Source of the DNA: a virus
Taxonomy: Duplodnaviria > Caudoviricetes
IMG/VR virus record: IMGVR_UViG_3300012231_000025
Coordinates: 1-38,690 of that record
Strand: one strand, 5' to 3'
DNA: 38,690 nt
The translations under genes were made by a program, and so were the position numbers. Positions 15,565-24,955 of the stretch are shown in pieces. How positions within the stretch are numbered: position 1 is the stretch's first letter; each line of letters starts with the position of its first letter. A model generated the notes under the pieces. It ran no database searches. It was not told where the DNA came from and saw only the letters and a list, made by a program, of their open reading frames with translations.

Positions 15565-17583
15565 CTATCTCTGCCCAATGAGGTCGGCGTCTGGTTCGAA
15601 CCCCACGATACGCACGTTAGGGGACCAGCGGGCGTCCCTGCTGGGATCGTTCTTGACGAACAGCTCGATGTCCGACCCGCTTTCGGACACCTTTTGATAC
15701 GTATGCAGACCGCCGGCGAGGTCCACGCTCTTATATTCCTCCACGTTGTGGGGGTGGGTGCGGAACCCGAAGCGCAGCCCGTGGTCGAAGCCGTCTCCCC
15801 CGGGATCCTCGTCGTGGAACCACTTGACGGCGTAGAAATGCTTGTCGATCCCATCCACGACCACCAAACGGCCCGTTCGGTACTCAAAAACGGGCATGGG
15901 CAAGTCCGTCCTGCGGTCGTTCATCACCAGCACCCGCAAGGACGAAATCACCACCGCCAAAATTGTGGGGCGCAGCTCGAACTCGTTGAGTATGTTGGGC
16001 GGGGGCATCGGCGGGGCAGCGGGGTCGGACGTTCCCACAACTTGAATGAGGCAGTTGGGGTTGTCGACCTGTGGATCATCGGTACTCAACACGCTCCACG
16101 CCTTGGTATCGTAGTGAAAGGCGAGGATTTGCGCCCTCTCATCGTCGACCGTGCGATTCACCATGAACAAGATACGGCGGCTGGTGTCAACGCTGTACGT
16201 GACCGCCTGATTCTGCCCATACGTCAAATCCCCAACGAAATCTCCCCACGTGGGTTGGATACCGCGGGCCACGGGCAGGTCGTTCAAGCCGTCGAAGGAA
16301 TACAACCCATCCACGGCGTTGTAATACTCCATCGGCGGCGTTCCGCAGACGATGGCCCCGTTGCCGCCCGCGGCGTTGGCACAGCCGGTGCGAGCCTTCG
16401 TCCGATACAGTTCCGCAGGGTTCGGCCCCGGGTCGTCGCCGAGGGCGAGGGTTGCGTTGGTTGTGGTCACGATGTTTCCGCTGAGGATCCATTTCGACCG
16501 CTCCTTGGAAATCACCAGTTGACCCGCCAATTCGGACATGCCCGTGATCTGCCCGCCGGCATCGTCCAAAACTTCAAAGTCGTCGACGTGTTCGGGGTGG
16601 GAATCTGCGGAATAACGGAGCAGGTTGGGATTTTTAAGATCGTTGTAGAACATCCGTCCTTTGTAGAACAGCCCCACCGAGGCGTTTGCGGGGATGCCGT
16701 TTTTCACGGGTCCGTAGGGGCCGTTTGCCAGCGTGCCGAGAGGGGCGGCTTCTGCCTGGAAGAACTGCCCGGGGCCCGGGACCGGGCAAAGGGCGAAGAG
16801 AATGAAGGGTTCACCCGCGGTCACGTTGCGGCGGTAGATGCGAATGTGCGTGATGCCGTAGTTCGCGGGCCATGTTCCAAAGCCTATTTGCAGCAGCGTA
16901 GAGTTGCCGCCACCCGCCACCCCGCTCGGGAAGGAACTGCCCACCTGGAGCACGGCGTTGCTTTCTGCATCGCTGTTCACGTCGTAGTAACTGAAGCCGA
17001 ACTGCCATGATGTGTTGTCCGCCAGGGCACCGTCGAATGTACCGGGGACCACCGTGATGCGATACGTAATTTCTCCAGCTTGCGGAGCGCTCAACCCAAT
17101 GGCTCCGCCAGTGATCCGCGAGGTGGGCACGGGCATCCCCACAATGCTCCAAGCGGGCAAATTGTTGTCCCCCTGGCTCAGACGGTACACGCGGAGCCCG
17201 TCGGCGTAGTAGAGCCGCGTGTTGGCGAAGATGAATGATCCCTGCCGCTCTTGAATCCCGTTGTAGACGGCTTGCAGACCGGCACTCGGAGAGGTTGCAA
17301 ACAGCACCCCGTCCGCATGAAGCACGCTGACCAACCCCGGGGAACCGTTACTCAACCGTGGGGAAAACCATTCCGCGGCCGCGAAAAAATTAGCGGCGAC
17401 GAACCCAGAAAAGCGTGTGTCCACTTCAAACGGTGGACGGGGGGTGATCGCCCCGTCTCGGAAGATCACGTTATTCGCCTTCGCGGCGTCCTGTGGTCCA
17501 AGCTCGCGGGGCGATTGCGTCGTGTTGAGACCGCGCCAACCGCCGCGAACCTGCAAAGGACTGACTCGCGGACGTTCGGGCAT
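15565..17583 (-). CDS. Tail nozzle/tubular protein B (P22 gp10-like beta-propeller), 672 aa
   Basis: N-terminal GGWRGLNTTQSP...ANNVIF and YKGRMFY...LRYS..HPE motifs; follows the adaptor gene. Confidence 0.75.
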   Translation of the reverse strand: MPERPRVSPLQVRGGWRGLNTTQSPRELGPQDAAKANNVIFRDGAITPRPPFEVDTRFSGFVAANFFAAAEWFSPRLSNGSPGLVSVLHADGVLFATSPSAGLQAVYNGIQERQGSFIFANTRLYYADGLRVYRLSQGDNNLPAWSIVGMPVPTSRITGGAIGLSAPQAGEITYRITVVPGTFDGALADNTSWQFGFSYYDVNSDAESNAVLQVGSSFPSGVAGGGNSTLLQIGFGTWPANYGITHIRIYRRNVTAGEPFILFALCPVPGPGQFFQAEAAPLGTLANGPYGPVKNGIPANASVGLFYKGRMFYNDLKNPNLLRYSADSHPEHVDDFEVLDDAGGQITGMSELAGQLVISKERSKWILSGNIVTTTNATLALGDDPGPNPAELYRTKARTGCANAAGGNGAIVCGTPPMEYYNAVDGLYSFDGLNDLPVARGIQPTWGDFVGDLTYGQNQAVTYSVDTSRRILFMVNRTVDDERAQILAFHYDTKAWSVLSTDDPQVDNPNCLIQVVGTSDPAAPPMPPPNILNEFELRPTILAVVISSLRVLVMNDRRTDLPMPVFEYRTGRLVVVDGIDKHFYAVKWFHDEDPGGDGFDHGLRFGFRTHPHNVEEYKSVDLAGGLHTYQKVSESGSDIELFVKNDPSRDARWSPNVRIVGFEPDADLIGQR

Positions 17584-17585
17584 GG

Positions 17586-18245
17586 TTAGATTCTCTGCGA
17601 ACGTGCCGCGATCAGGCTCGTCGTCTCGCCCATCATCAGGCGCACTTGCTCGTTGAAACGTAGCTCCAGCGTGCTGTTGGTCCGCTCTTCCGTGCCCTTG
17701 CCCACGATCGCCGCCTGCATGGCCACGATGTGATGGTACCCTTCCGGAACCATCGATGGCGTGTCACTGTCAAGGGCCAGGACGTTCACCGCGGGGATGT
17801 AGTGGACCTCCAACGTCTGTGCCGGCGGAGCGTCGTCTCCAAAACGCAACCTCCACTGTCCGCTAGAGTTACGGTAGATGCTGACGCCGTGTGTCTGGGG
17901 TGCGTTTTCAAGTTCCGGGTAGTAGTTCTGACTGCCCTCACGGTTGACTTCGGTGAGAACCAGGAAAGGCACCTGGACGCGCCCGGTTCCCACCACGCGG
18001 CGGACATCGACGATTCGGCGCACGCTTCCCGCCGTGCCGACGTCGTACTCTTTAGCCGCCGGCGTCACGGCGATGGAAAGGGGGCCGGTGAGGTTCCAGA
18101 GACGGCCCGAACCCTCCACGATGCCCACTACCATCGGATAGGCCATGTTGAGCAGGGTGTTGAGCAGCGGGTCGTCGAACCGGCTCTTCTTTGGATCGTC
18201 GAGCCAGACGGCGGTTTCACTGCGTAGTTCCGCAAGCGTTTTCAT
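17586..18245 (-). CDS. Head-tail adaptor (tail tubular protein A-like), 219 aa
   Basis: MKTLAELRSE...LDD...LLNMAY start and DSDTP.VPE.YH..V..A motif of phage adaptor proteins; syntenic. Confidence 0.8.
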   Translation of the reverse strand: MKTLAELRSETAVWLDDPKKSRFDDPLLNTLLNMAYPMVVGIVEGSGRLWNLTGPLSIAVTPAAKEYDVGTAGSVRRIVDVRRVVGTGRVQVPFLVLTEVNREGSQNYYPELENAPQTHGVSIYRNSSGQWRLRFGDDAPPAQTLEVHYIPAVNVLALDSDTPSMVPEGYHHIVAMQAAIVGKGTEERTNSTLELRFNEQVRLMMGETTSLIAARSQRI

Positions 18246-18264
18246 GCGTCACCCGACATCCGAC

Positions 18265-18299
18265 AAAAACAAGGGGCGGAGCGAAGCCGCCCCGCCCCC
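18265..18299 (-). terminator. Rho-independent terminator ending the capsid block
   Basis: mRNA GGGGCGGGGCG-GCUU-CGCUCCGCCCC followed by UUGUUUUU. Confidence 0.75.
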
Positions 18300-18329
18300 A
18301 TACAACCCGTGCTCGCGTTGGGTTTTATG

Positions 18330-19250
18330 TTACGTCGCCGCCGTGCCGATCAGCGCCCCGGTGAGCGCCGCCGCGTCGGTGGCGTAGTTCTCATAGAGCA
18401 CCCACGTAGCCGAGCCGACCGTAATGGCCGCCGCGAAGGGAGCAGCCGTCGCGCCGGTTAGGGTGCAGAAGTTCTGGAAAATCTCCCCCGTGGCTACGAC
18501 CGCACCGGCAAGGATGCAGACGTTGGTGGCCAGGTTGGAGAGCACGTTTCGCCCTATGGCCAGGCGTGTCGCCGCCGCGGTCACGTGGATGTTGGCCGTC
18601 GAAAAACTCCCTTTGAGGATGCAATCGGTGATCTCGACGCCGTCGCAGGCACCGGATATCTTGATCGCCGATACCGCGCCCGCCGTCTCACAGTCGCTAC
18701 GCATACCGCTGATCCGCGCGTAGCTCGCCCCGACGGCGAGTTCCACATGGATGAGCGCTTGCTTGCTGGCGCTATCTTCGCACCGGAAGTTCGACAGCTT
18801 TGCTCCCGCGGCCGTGATGTTCAGCACTTGGGCCAGGGAGTCGATGTCGGTGATGAGGTCAAAATTGTTCATCGTCACGTCGGCCGCCGAGATCCGCACG
18901 TTCGCCGTGGTGAGCGTGCCAACCTTGATCTGCGGTCTCGTGGTCTCCCCGCCAACCCCATGAATGAACAGACCCAACTTGTTGACGTCCAGCCCGTTGG
19001 CAACGGACACGGTCTCGATGTGACCCGGCAGCATGATGATCGTGTCGTAGGGCAGCGACAAGGCAACCGCTTTCACCAACGTCGAAAGCGGGTAGTCGCG
19101 TTTCAGCCCCGAGTTGTTGAGGTTGCTCGCCCGCAAATGCGACGATTGCACATACCGCACTTTTTGCCCGGGAATGTCGGCGTAGCCGCCGGTGATGACC
19201 TTGGGGTCGAGCCCGGAGGACGCGATCATTCGAGTTGTTACAGCACCCAT
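18330..19250 (-). CDS. Virion-associated beta-helix protein (306 aa), possible head fibre/decoration
   Basis: PLSTLVKAV...DTIIMLPGH.E start typical of beta-helix proteins, followed by I/V/N-rich coils; AAAGGA RBS; downstream of the capsid gene. Confidence 0.6.
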   Translation of the reverse strand: MGAVTTRMIASSGLDPKVITGGYADIPGQKVRYVQSSHLRASNLNNSGLKRDYPLSTLVKAVALSLPYDTIIMLPGHIETVSVANGLDVNKLGLFIHGVGGETTRPQIKVGTLTTANVRISAADVTMNNFDLITDIDSLAQVLNITAAGAKLSNFRCEDSASKQALIHVELAVGASYARISGMRSDCETAGAVSAIKISGACDGVEITDCILKGSFSTANIHVTAAATRLAIGRNVLSNLATNVCILAGAVVATGEIFQNFCTLTGATAAPFAAAITVGSATWVLYENYATDAAALTGALIGTAAT

Positions 19251-19344
19251 GAGTGAGTCCTTTCAGTTTAGTTCCCCGTCCTTGGAAACAAGGGGGACGG
19301 GCATCCGTGCCCATCTACCCTTGCTCCCTACGAAGGAACGTCTT

Positions 19345-19944
19345 TTACGTCCGGAACGGCCCGTTCTCGTCGGTCAAGCCGACCGTGTACCGGAAGTCGA
19401 TGTAGCTCAGCTTGATCGCATCCGCCGCCGCCGTCCCGATGCTGGTCATAGTCAGGGCGCAGGCGATGACCGAATCGCCGACGAACACGCCGGGTACGTT
19501 CATGGGGGTCCAAAGCGTTTCGTTCAGAGCGTTGCTGACCGCGACCGCCGCGAGGGTCGGAAACGCCTTGCTCACGTCAGGGGTGACTTTCGCATCGCCC
19601 AAGAGCACTCCGGCGGCCACTCCCTTCATATCGAGGGTGAAAATGATGCCCGTCTGGGAACCCGTGACCAGGGTGAAGCCCACCAGGGCGTGAATGTCTC
19701 GCGTCCAATCCGCGTCCCACTTCCGCGGGTTGAGCATAAAGTAGACTTCGTCCGCGGCGTCGAGGGCGATACCCCCCAATTCGCTTGCGGTGTCGGACAG
19801 CTCGCCTTCAACGGGCGCGCCAGCGCCGTAGGAAGTCCCGGTCGCCAGGATGATGCCCTGCGCGTCCTGGGGAAACCACACCCGGTCGTAGCCAAATTTC
19901 AGATTTAGAGCATCGTCCCCGATGCCGCCGCCGCCTCGTGTCAT
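19345..19944 (-). CDS. Putative capsid decoration/virion protein (199 aa)
   Basis: Beta-rich; AGGAG RBS; directly after the major capsid gene. Confidence 0.5.
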   Translation of the reverse strand: MTRGGGGIGDDALNLKFGYDRVWFPQDAQGIILATGTSYGAGAPVEGELSDTASELGGIALDAADEVYFMLNPRKWDADWTRDIHALVGFTLVTGSQTGIIFTLDMKGVAAGVLLGDAKVTPDVSKAFPTLAAVAVSNALNETLWTPMNVPGVFVGDSVIACALTMTSIGTAAADAIKLSYIDFRYTVGLTDENGPFRT

Positions 19945-20005
19945 GTGTGTCTCCTATCAAAGGCCGGAGAATGCTTCCCGCGGCCTACTGCCTACAGCCT
20001 TGTTT

Positions 20006-21244
20006 CTAGAACACGACCGGCACTTCGAGGTCGGTCAACTTCCACTGGGTATTCGGAGCGTCGCACACCGGCTGCATGAACCGGTACCAGGCCGCCTCGT
20101 AGGCGTGCCGATCAGGAATCCGCGAAAGGATTGCCCCGTCCTTGTTCATCCAGTCGCCTTCGTTGTTCTGGTACAGCTCCCAGTGCGAGGTATCCAGGCC
20201 GATCATCACCGCCGGGTCGATGTGCTTGTCGCGCACGATGGGGATGTCGTTGTGCATGATCGCTTCCGCCCAACCGTTCAGCTTCTTGGTGGCGTTGTCG
20301 ATCCGCCGGGCCGCGATGAGGTCGTTCATCAGCTTACGATGCACGCCGTAGCCGCAAAGGATCAGGTTGGTCTCGCCGCTGCTGTGCTCGTCCACGAAGT
20401 CCACCGCCTCCTGGATCAGTGGGAAGGTGCACTCTCGGGGGACACCGCCGTTGGCGAAGACGTTCCCCTGCCAGAACTCGTTGCCTTGCAGGGTGCGGTC
20501 GATGCCGCCGTAGAACCCCAAGGCGGCCGGCGGATTGCTCGCGGAAATGACCGCGTCCAACCCGAAAATCGCGTCGTTGTACGAACCCGCCCGGTAGACG
20601 TTGTAAGTCGTCGGGGCGGCGTTGATCGCGGTGAAGTCGATGAGGGCCGCGGGAGACGTGAGGGTGATCGTCTTGGTCAGCTTGTTTACGCTGATCTCCG
20701 CGTTGACCACGCCAGCGCCGGTGGCCCCGGTGGAGGCCAACAAGACGTCGACCTTCATCCCGTCCACCAAACCGCGCACGCTGTCCACCACCAACGTCGT
20801 GCTCGACGCCGACGACGCAATGGCCGCGATCTTCGCGGACCCGTCGCCGAACATATCGAAGTTCAGGTAGTGGCGGTGTTGCTTGATGAAGTTGTTGATC
20901 TCTAGCTCGTAGGGGCGAATGATCGCCGCGGACGGCACATCATCCGCACCTTCTACGTGCGGCCCGTCAATGAGGATCCGCCCGTAGAGCCGTTTGTAGT
21001 TAAAGATCGCATTCTTGACCTTCTGGTGTGACGCCGGCGGGAGGATGCCCGTCGAACTCCACCCCAACCCGCCGCTCTGCCCCTTGTGCAGGGTGACGGT
21101 GATGTTCTTACCTTCCGCGTAGTCCTGGCTGTTGCGGGTAAGGTACTGGAGTAAAATGGACTTGAGATTGAACTGGACCCGCATCCGCGGCTGGTATCGT
21201 ACGCGGAGCAAGTCTTCCTGTGTGGTGCGGTTGGCGCCTGCCAT
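20006..21244 (-). CDS. Major capsid protein (HK97 fold), 412 aa
   Basis: Motifs DMFGDGS, GLDAVI, YGGIDR...FWQGNV and IPIVRDKH; strong AAGGAG RBS; follows the scaffold gene. Confidence 0.88.
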   Translation of the reverse strand: MAGANRTTQEDLLRVRYQPRMRVQFNLKSILLQYLTRNSQDYAEGKNITVTLHKGQSGGLGWSSTGILPPASHQKVKNAIFNYKRLYGRILIDGPHVEGADDVPSAAIIRPYELEINNFIKQHRHYLNFDMFGDGSAKIAAIASSASSTTLVVDSVRGLVDGMKVDVLLASTGATGAGVVNAEISVNKLTKTITLTSPAALIDFTAINAAPTTYNVYRAGSYNDAIFGLDAVISASNPPAALGFYGGIDRTLQGNEFWQGNVFANGGVPRECTFPLIQEAVDFVDEHSSGETNLILCGYGVHRKLMNDLIAARRIDNATKKLNGWAEAIMHNDIPIVRDKHIDPAVMIGLDTSHWELYQNNEGDWMNKDGAILSRIPDRHAYEAAWYRFMQPVCDAPNTQWKLTDLEVPVVF

Positions 21245-21355
21245 CGCTGACTCCTTTCAGCGGCGTGCAGGCGCCTGTTTTTCCTCCCATCGGCGGGTTG
21301 CGACGACCTGCACCGTCGCAAGTCCCGCCGACTTAACCCGCCTTGCAAGGGCGGG
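21245..21355 (-). promoter_or_regulatory. Structured 5' leader of the capsid gene (hairpins, potential pseudoknot, SD in a hairpin loop)
   Basis: Stem 21290-21331 (16 bp with a 2-nt bulge) whose loop GUGCAGG is complementary to CCUGCAC at 21271-21265; CGCUGA-AAGGAG-UCAGCG abuts the AUG; extra hairpin at 21337-21355. Confidence 0.55.
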
Positions 21356-21376
21356 CGGAGTTTGTGGAGAACACCG

Positions 21377-22099
21377 TTACTTTTTCGTACGACCCATCTT
21401 CTTGTTGACGAAGTCTACATTACCTCGTCGCTGCTCGGCCACAAAGGCGTTTTCGTCCGTCGGCCACTTGGCCTCGGTCCCAAAGACCGCCTCATCAAAC
21501 ACGTCCGGGGTGACGTTCCCGAGATTGGGGCGGTCGCTCCGCCCCTCGCCCTTGCCGCTGTCCACCGCGTCACCCTGCTTGTCCAATCGTTCCTCAGCCC
21601 TCTTGCGGTCCTCGGTCGCCTTTACCGCGGAAAACTTCTTGACCCGCCGATCGCACTCGGCCTTGGCGGCCTCGGCGAAGGCCGCGGACATTTTGTCGGC
21701 GCTCTTCAGCGTCGCGTAGTCCGCCCGGGCGCGTACCGTCGCCGCGGCCTCCATCTCGATCTGCCGCAGCTCCACGGCGTCGCCCTTGAGTTGCGGGAAC
21801 TCGTCCACCACGTTTTTCAGCGTCGTCTGCATGTCGCGTTCCGCCAGTGCCACGTTCGCGGCATACTGCGCCTGACGAGCCATTTCCTCGCGGGTGATCG
21901 GTTCGGCAGGCGCTGCTTTCGTTGTATCCACGGTCTTTTTTGCTTGATCCGCCTTCTCAGCCGCGACTTGTTTCTGTGCTCGTTCCAAGACTTCGCTCGG
22001 TGCGACGCCCATGTTGCGGGTCTGTTGAATGAACGCTCGTTCGTCGGCGGTGAGGTCCGCCCCCGCGTCCCCTACGCCATCATTCTCTTCATCGACCAT
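21377..22099 (-). CDS. Capsid scaffolding protein (240 aa)
   Basis: Acidic N-terminus and A/E/K-rich coiled coil; located between portal and capsid; AGGAG RBS. Confidence 0.7.
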   Translation of the reverse strand: MVDEENDGVGDAGADLTADERAFIQQTRNMGVAPSEVLERAQKQVAAEKADQAKKTVDTTKAAPAEPITREEMARQAQYAANVALAERDMQTTLKNVVDEFPQLKGDAVELRQIEMEAAATVRARADYATLKSADKMSAAFAEAAKAECDRRVKKFSAVKATEDRKRAEERLDKQGDAVDSGKGEGRSDRPNLGNVTPDVFDEAVFGTEAKWPTDENAFVAEQRRGNVDFVNKKMGRTKK

Positions 22100-22134
22100 G
22101 TATTCTACTCCTGCGGTTTTCCATTACCACGTTT

Positions 22135-24498
22135 CTAGGATACCCCCGCCGGGCTTCCAGGTGCAAGTGGCACCCCTGGCAAAGGTCCATTCATGGGGGG
22201 CCTTATTCCTATTGGCGCAATAGGTGGTGTTCCACGCATTCCCGGCGGTGGACCCATCGCCCCCGGTCCCATCATCATCCCCGGCGGACCAGTGCTCATT
22301 GGTGGAGTCGGCATGGGCGCTGGCATCCCCTGCGGCGGCTCCGGGGGGGCTAGGCCGCGAAGGTATTCCGCGGTCCGTTCCTTGATGACTTCGGGGTACA
22401 TCACCTTCAAGGCCCGATTAAAGAGGTGCTCCTGCAAATGCACCAGGAAACCAACGCCCACTTGCTTGTCTTTGGCGGCGGCCTCTTTGTATCGCGCCGT
22501 GGTGGTGAGCATTTCGTGTTCGCGGATGTGGACCGCGTCATTGTCGCCCCATGCACAGCGGATTTTGCTGCGCTCCTTGGCGTCACCCATGAGTAGTTCG
22601 TTCTCAATGGCCGCGTTGGTGCGGTGCTCGGATTCCTCATCGGTCTGCGCGGGCACTTGCTCGTTGATCCAACGCATGACCATGCGGCGATCGTCCTCCC
22701 GTTCCGCGGAGAGGTAGCCCATCTTGGTCAACCCCTCGACCTTGGCGATCACGTCCTCCATGCTGGCCTGATCCGAAATCATGGCCCGGACGTTGGCCGC
22801 GTCGGGGCCGACCGGCGGGCGGCTGATGAGCGTGCGCCCCTTGAAGGTGAGGACTTCGGGGGCCGATCGCTCGCCGGTGATGAGGATGGAGCGCTCCTCC
22901 GTGTAATACTGCCAGATGAGGGCGAGCATTTGAGCGCCCAGACGTTCCGCCCCGGCCTGGATGAGTAGCTTCGTAGCCGTGCGGCCGCGCTGGTCGCCCT
23001 CGATCATCAGTTGGGCGTGCTTGCCGGACTGCGTTCCCGGTTCCTTGGACCCGGCCGTCGAGCGATGCACCCGACCCACGTCCTCCATGTCCCGGACGTT
23101 CATTTCGTCGAGGGCACCCATGTAGCTCGGCGGATTGGGGTACTCAAAAGCCTTGACCTTGTTGATCCCGCCTTCCTTCATGTTGATGACCTTCGGACCG
23201 TTGCTGAAGGCTTCCTCCGGCAGACCCGACCCGCTCTCATTCATGATCCGCGGGTCGATGCTCATGTGCAGGTGCGCGTGAATCAAGGAGCGCTGCTTGT
23301 TGCGGGCGCGTTGCAGACCCATGAGGTCGGCGATCGTCGATACGGGGCGGAAGGCCTCCGGCTCCGCGTGCTCTCGGAAAGTGGTCAACGGGATCTGCCC
23401 GTGGACGTACGGGTTCGCAACTTTCTTAATCACCTTCTGCCCCGCAACGATCCCGCAAAAACCTTTGGGGGCGGATGGCGATCGCGGACGCCACATTTCG
23501 TGCACCAGAACCTCGGTCGATTCGGTCATGCCGTTGACGTACTCGCCGACGCGGCCAATGGCGTTCCCCGCGGCGTAGTTATATCCCCGGTGCTGTTGCA
23601 AGGTCTGGCTGCTGTCCGCTTCCAGACCGCGCGCCGCTTCCTTGTAGCGTTCGCGCATGTACTCGATGGATCGGAACTTGGACACGATGATCCAAGGGGC
23701 CTCCTCGGCCAGGTGACAGTGCTCCGGCTCGGTCACGTCGAAGCCGCTCAGAAAATCAACGGCCAGGTCGCCGTCCGCAAGGTCCAAGCCGTCGCCGCTC
23801 AGCTTCACCCGATCGGCCTTGACCTTCCGCTTTTTGCCCACTAACTCCCGTAGTCGTTGGGTCCACTTGCCGCGGGTCTTTTCGTCGTCGTCTTCGCCCT
23901 CTTCGCGCATCATGTCGGCGTCGAAAAACGAGGTCGGACCCGCGAACGGGTCCCAAGTACACTTGCCCCACACGATCCCGGTCGTGAACATCATCCAGAA
24001 GGCTTCGAGTAGCTTGACTTGCCCGCTGGGGCTGCACGCCCCCCAGAAATGCCTCAACAGCTTGGCCTGGGCCTTGGCCGAGGTGACGTCGTCGTTCTCC
24101 CGGGTTTGCGGGTACACCTCCCAGGACATTGCCCGACCGAGGATCAGGCCGATGGAGTCGAGAAGGAACCCCCTCAACTTGTTGATGATGATGGGGTCGC
24201 GGCACTGAAGGGGAAGGTCGGTCAGTTCCTGCGGCTCAAGGGCCATCCGCTCGTCGGACCAAATGTAGTTCTGGTAGCCGCGGACCCAGGCGAGTTGTTC
24301 AGACGCGGTTTTTTCCCACTCGTAGCGGCGGGTCTTCCCGGCCTCGTACTGATTGGTGACGAAGGCCAGCAGGTCGCTGTCATCCATCGCGGCCGGGTTG
24401 GTCCAGTCGAGGCGGTGGACGGCCAGCGCACCGCCGCCGCCGGAGTCACCGGCCTGGCGGCGGATGGTGGGTTCATCGGGTACGGGGTTCTTGACCAT
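22135..24498 (-). CDS. Portal protein (P22-like), 787 aa
   Basis: IIINKLR, P.T...DDV..AK, NPY.HG.IP, LQRARN, SG and DNDAVHIREH motifs; P/M/G-rich tail; located between TerL and scaffold. Confidence 0.88.
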   Translation of the reverse strand: MVKNPVPDEPTIRRQAGDSGGGGALAVHRLDWTNPAAMDDSDLLAFVTNQYEAGKTRRYEWEKTASEQLAWVRGYQNYIWSDERMALEPQELTDLPLQCRDPIIINKLRGFLLDSIGLILGRAMSWEVYPQTRENDDVTSAKAQAKLLRHFWGACSPSGQVKLLEAFWMMFTTGIVWGKCTWDPFAGPTSFFDADMMREEGEDDDEKTRGKWTQRLRELVGKKRKVKADRVKLSGDGLDLADGDLAVDFLSGFDVTEPEHCHLAEEAPWIIVSKFRSIEYMRERYKEAARGLEADSSQTLQQHRGYNYAAGNAIGRVGEYVNGMTESTEVLVHEMWRPRSPSAPKGFCGIVAGQKVIKKVANPYVHGQIPLTTFREHAEPEAFRPVSTIADLMGLQRARNKQRSLIHAHLHMSIDPRIMNESGSGLPEEAFSNGPKVINMKEGGINKVKAFEYPNPPSYMGALDEMNVRDMEDVGRVHRSTAGSKEPGTQSGKHAQLMIEGDQRGRTATKLLIQAGAERLGAQMLALIWQYYTEERSILITGERSAPEVLTFKGRTLISRPPVGPDAANVRAMISDQASMEDVIAKVEGLTKMGYLSAEREDDRRMVMRWINEQVPAQTDEESEHRTNAAIENELLMGDAKERSKIRCAWGDNDAVHIREHEMLTTTARYKEAAAKDKQVGVGFLVHLQEHLFNRALKVMYPEVIKERTAEYLRGLAPPEPPQGMPAPMPTPPMSTGPPGMMMGPGAMGPPPGMRGTPPIAPIGIRPPMNGPLPGVPLAPGSPAGVS

Positions 24499-24557
24499 TC
24501 CTTCGCAACTCAGGGCAAGCCGTGGTCCTTGTCAATCCGGGATCGCAAGCGCGAAGG

Positions 24558-24695
24558 TTAGTAAGCGGCGGCGGTCTTCGTGCCTTTGCCCTTGTTGCGG
24601 GTCTTCATGGGCTTGCCGGTTTTCTTGGCCGCCTTCTTCGCGGCCTTCACACCCGCTTCGGTGTAGGCAAAGTGTTTGTTTCCGACTTTGGGCAT
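24558..24695 (-). CDS. Small basic protein (45 aa)
   Basis: Below the ORF-track cut-off: MPKVGNKHFAYTEAGVKAAKKAAKKTGKPMKTRNKGKGTKTAAAY; AGGAG RBS; TGATG coupling with the upstream ORF. Confidence 0.75.
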   Translation of the reverse strand: MPKVGNKHFAYTEAGVKAAKKAAKKTGKPMKTRNKGKGTKTAAAY

Positions 24696-24856
24696 CACTC
24701 ATTCTCCTGTTCTGTGTTGATCCGTTCGACCGCAGCGGCGTACGCGCGGTCACTCTCCAACTGCCGTAGATACCCGTCCATCGCCGGTTCGAGCTTGGCG
24801 CGCTCTTTGAGCCGCTTTATCCCCGGCGAGTCGGCGGCCATTCTCGGCTCTTTCAT
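24695..24856 (-). CDS. Hypothetical protein (about 53 aa)
   Basis: MKEPRMAADSPGIKRLKERAKLEP...; AGAAGGG upstream; stop overlaps the next start. Start uncertain (24895 is an alternative). Confidence 0.45.
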   Translation of the reverse strand: MKEPRMAADSPGIKRLKERAKLEPAMDGYLRQLESDRAYAAAVERINTEQENE

Positions 24857-24955
24857 ACACCCTTCTATTGTGCTCGACGGCAGCGGCAACTTCATCCCGC
24901 GGAATCACCGCCCACCAGCGACCGGCGATCAACAACAACTCGGCTTTCGCCACGC

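Noticed and set aside
24499-24557. TTGACA and a 7-bp inverted repeat upstream of the portal gene
   Set aside because: No -10 at proper spacing; the stem is short and could be chance in GC-rich DNA.
24750-24953. Alternative-frame ORF (VAKAELLLIAGRWW...) between the 268-aa gene and the basic peptide
   Set aside because: It overlaps 24695-24856, which has better coupling to the next gene; it cannot be excluded but is unsupported.
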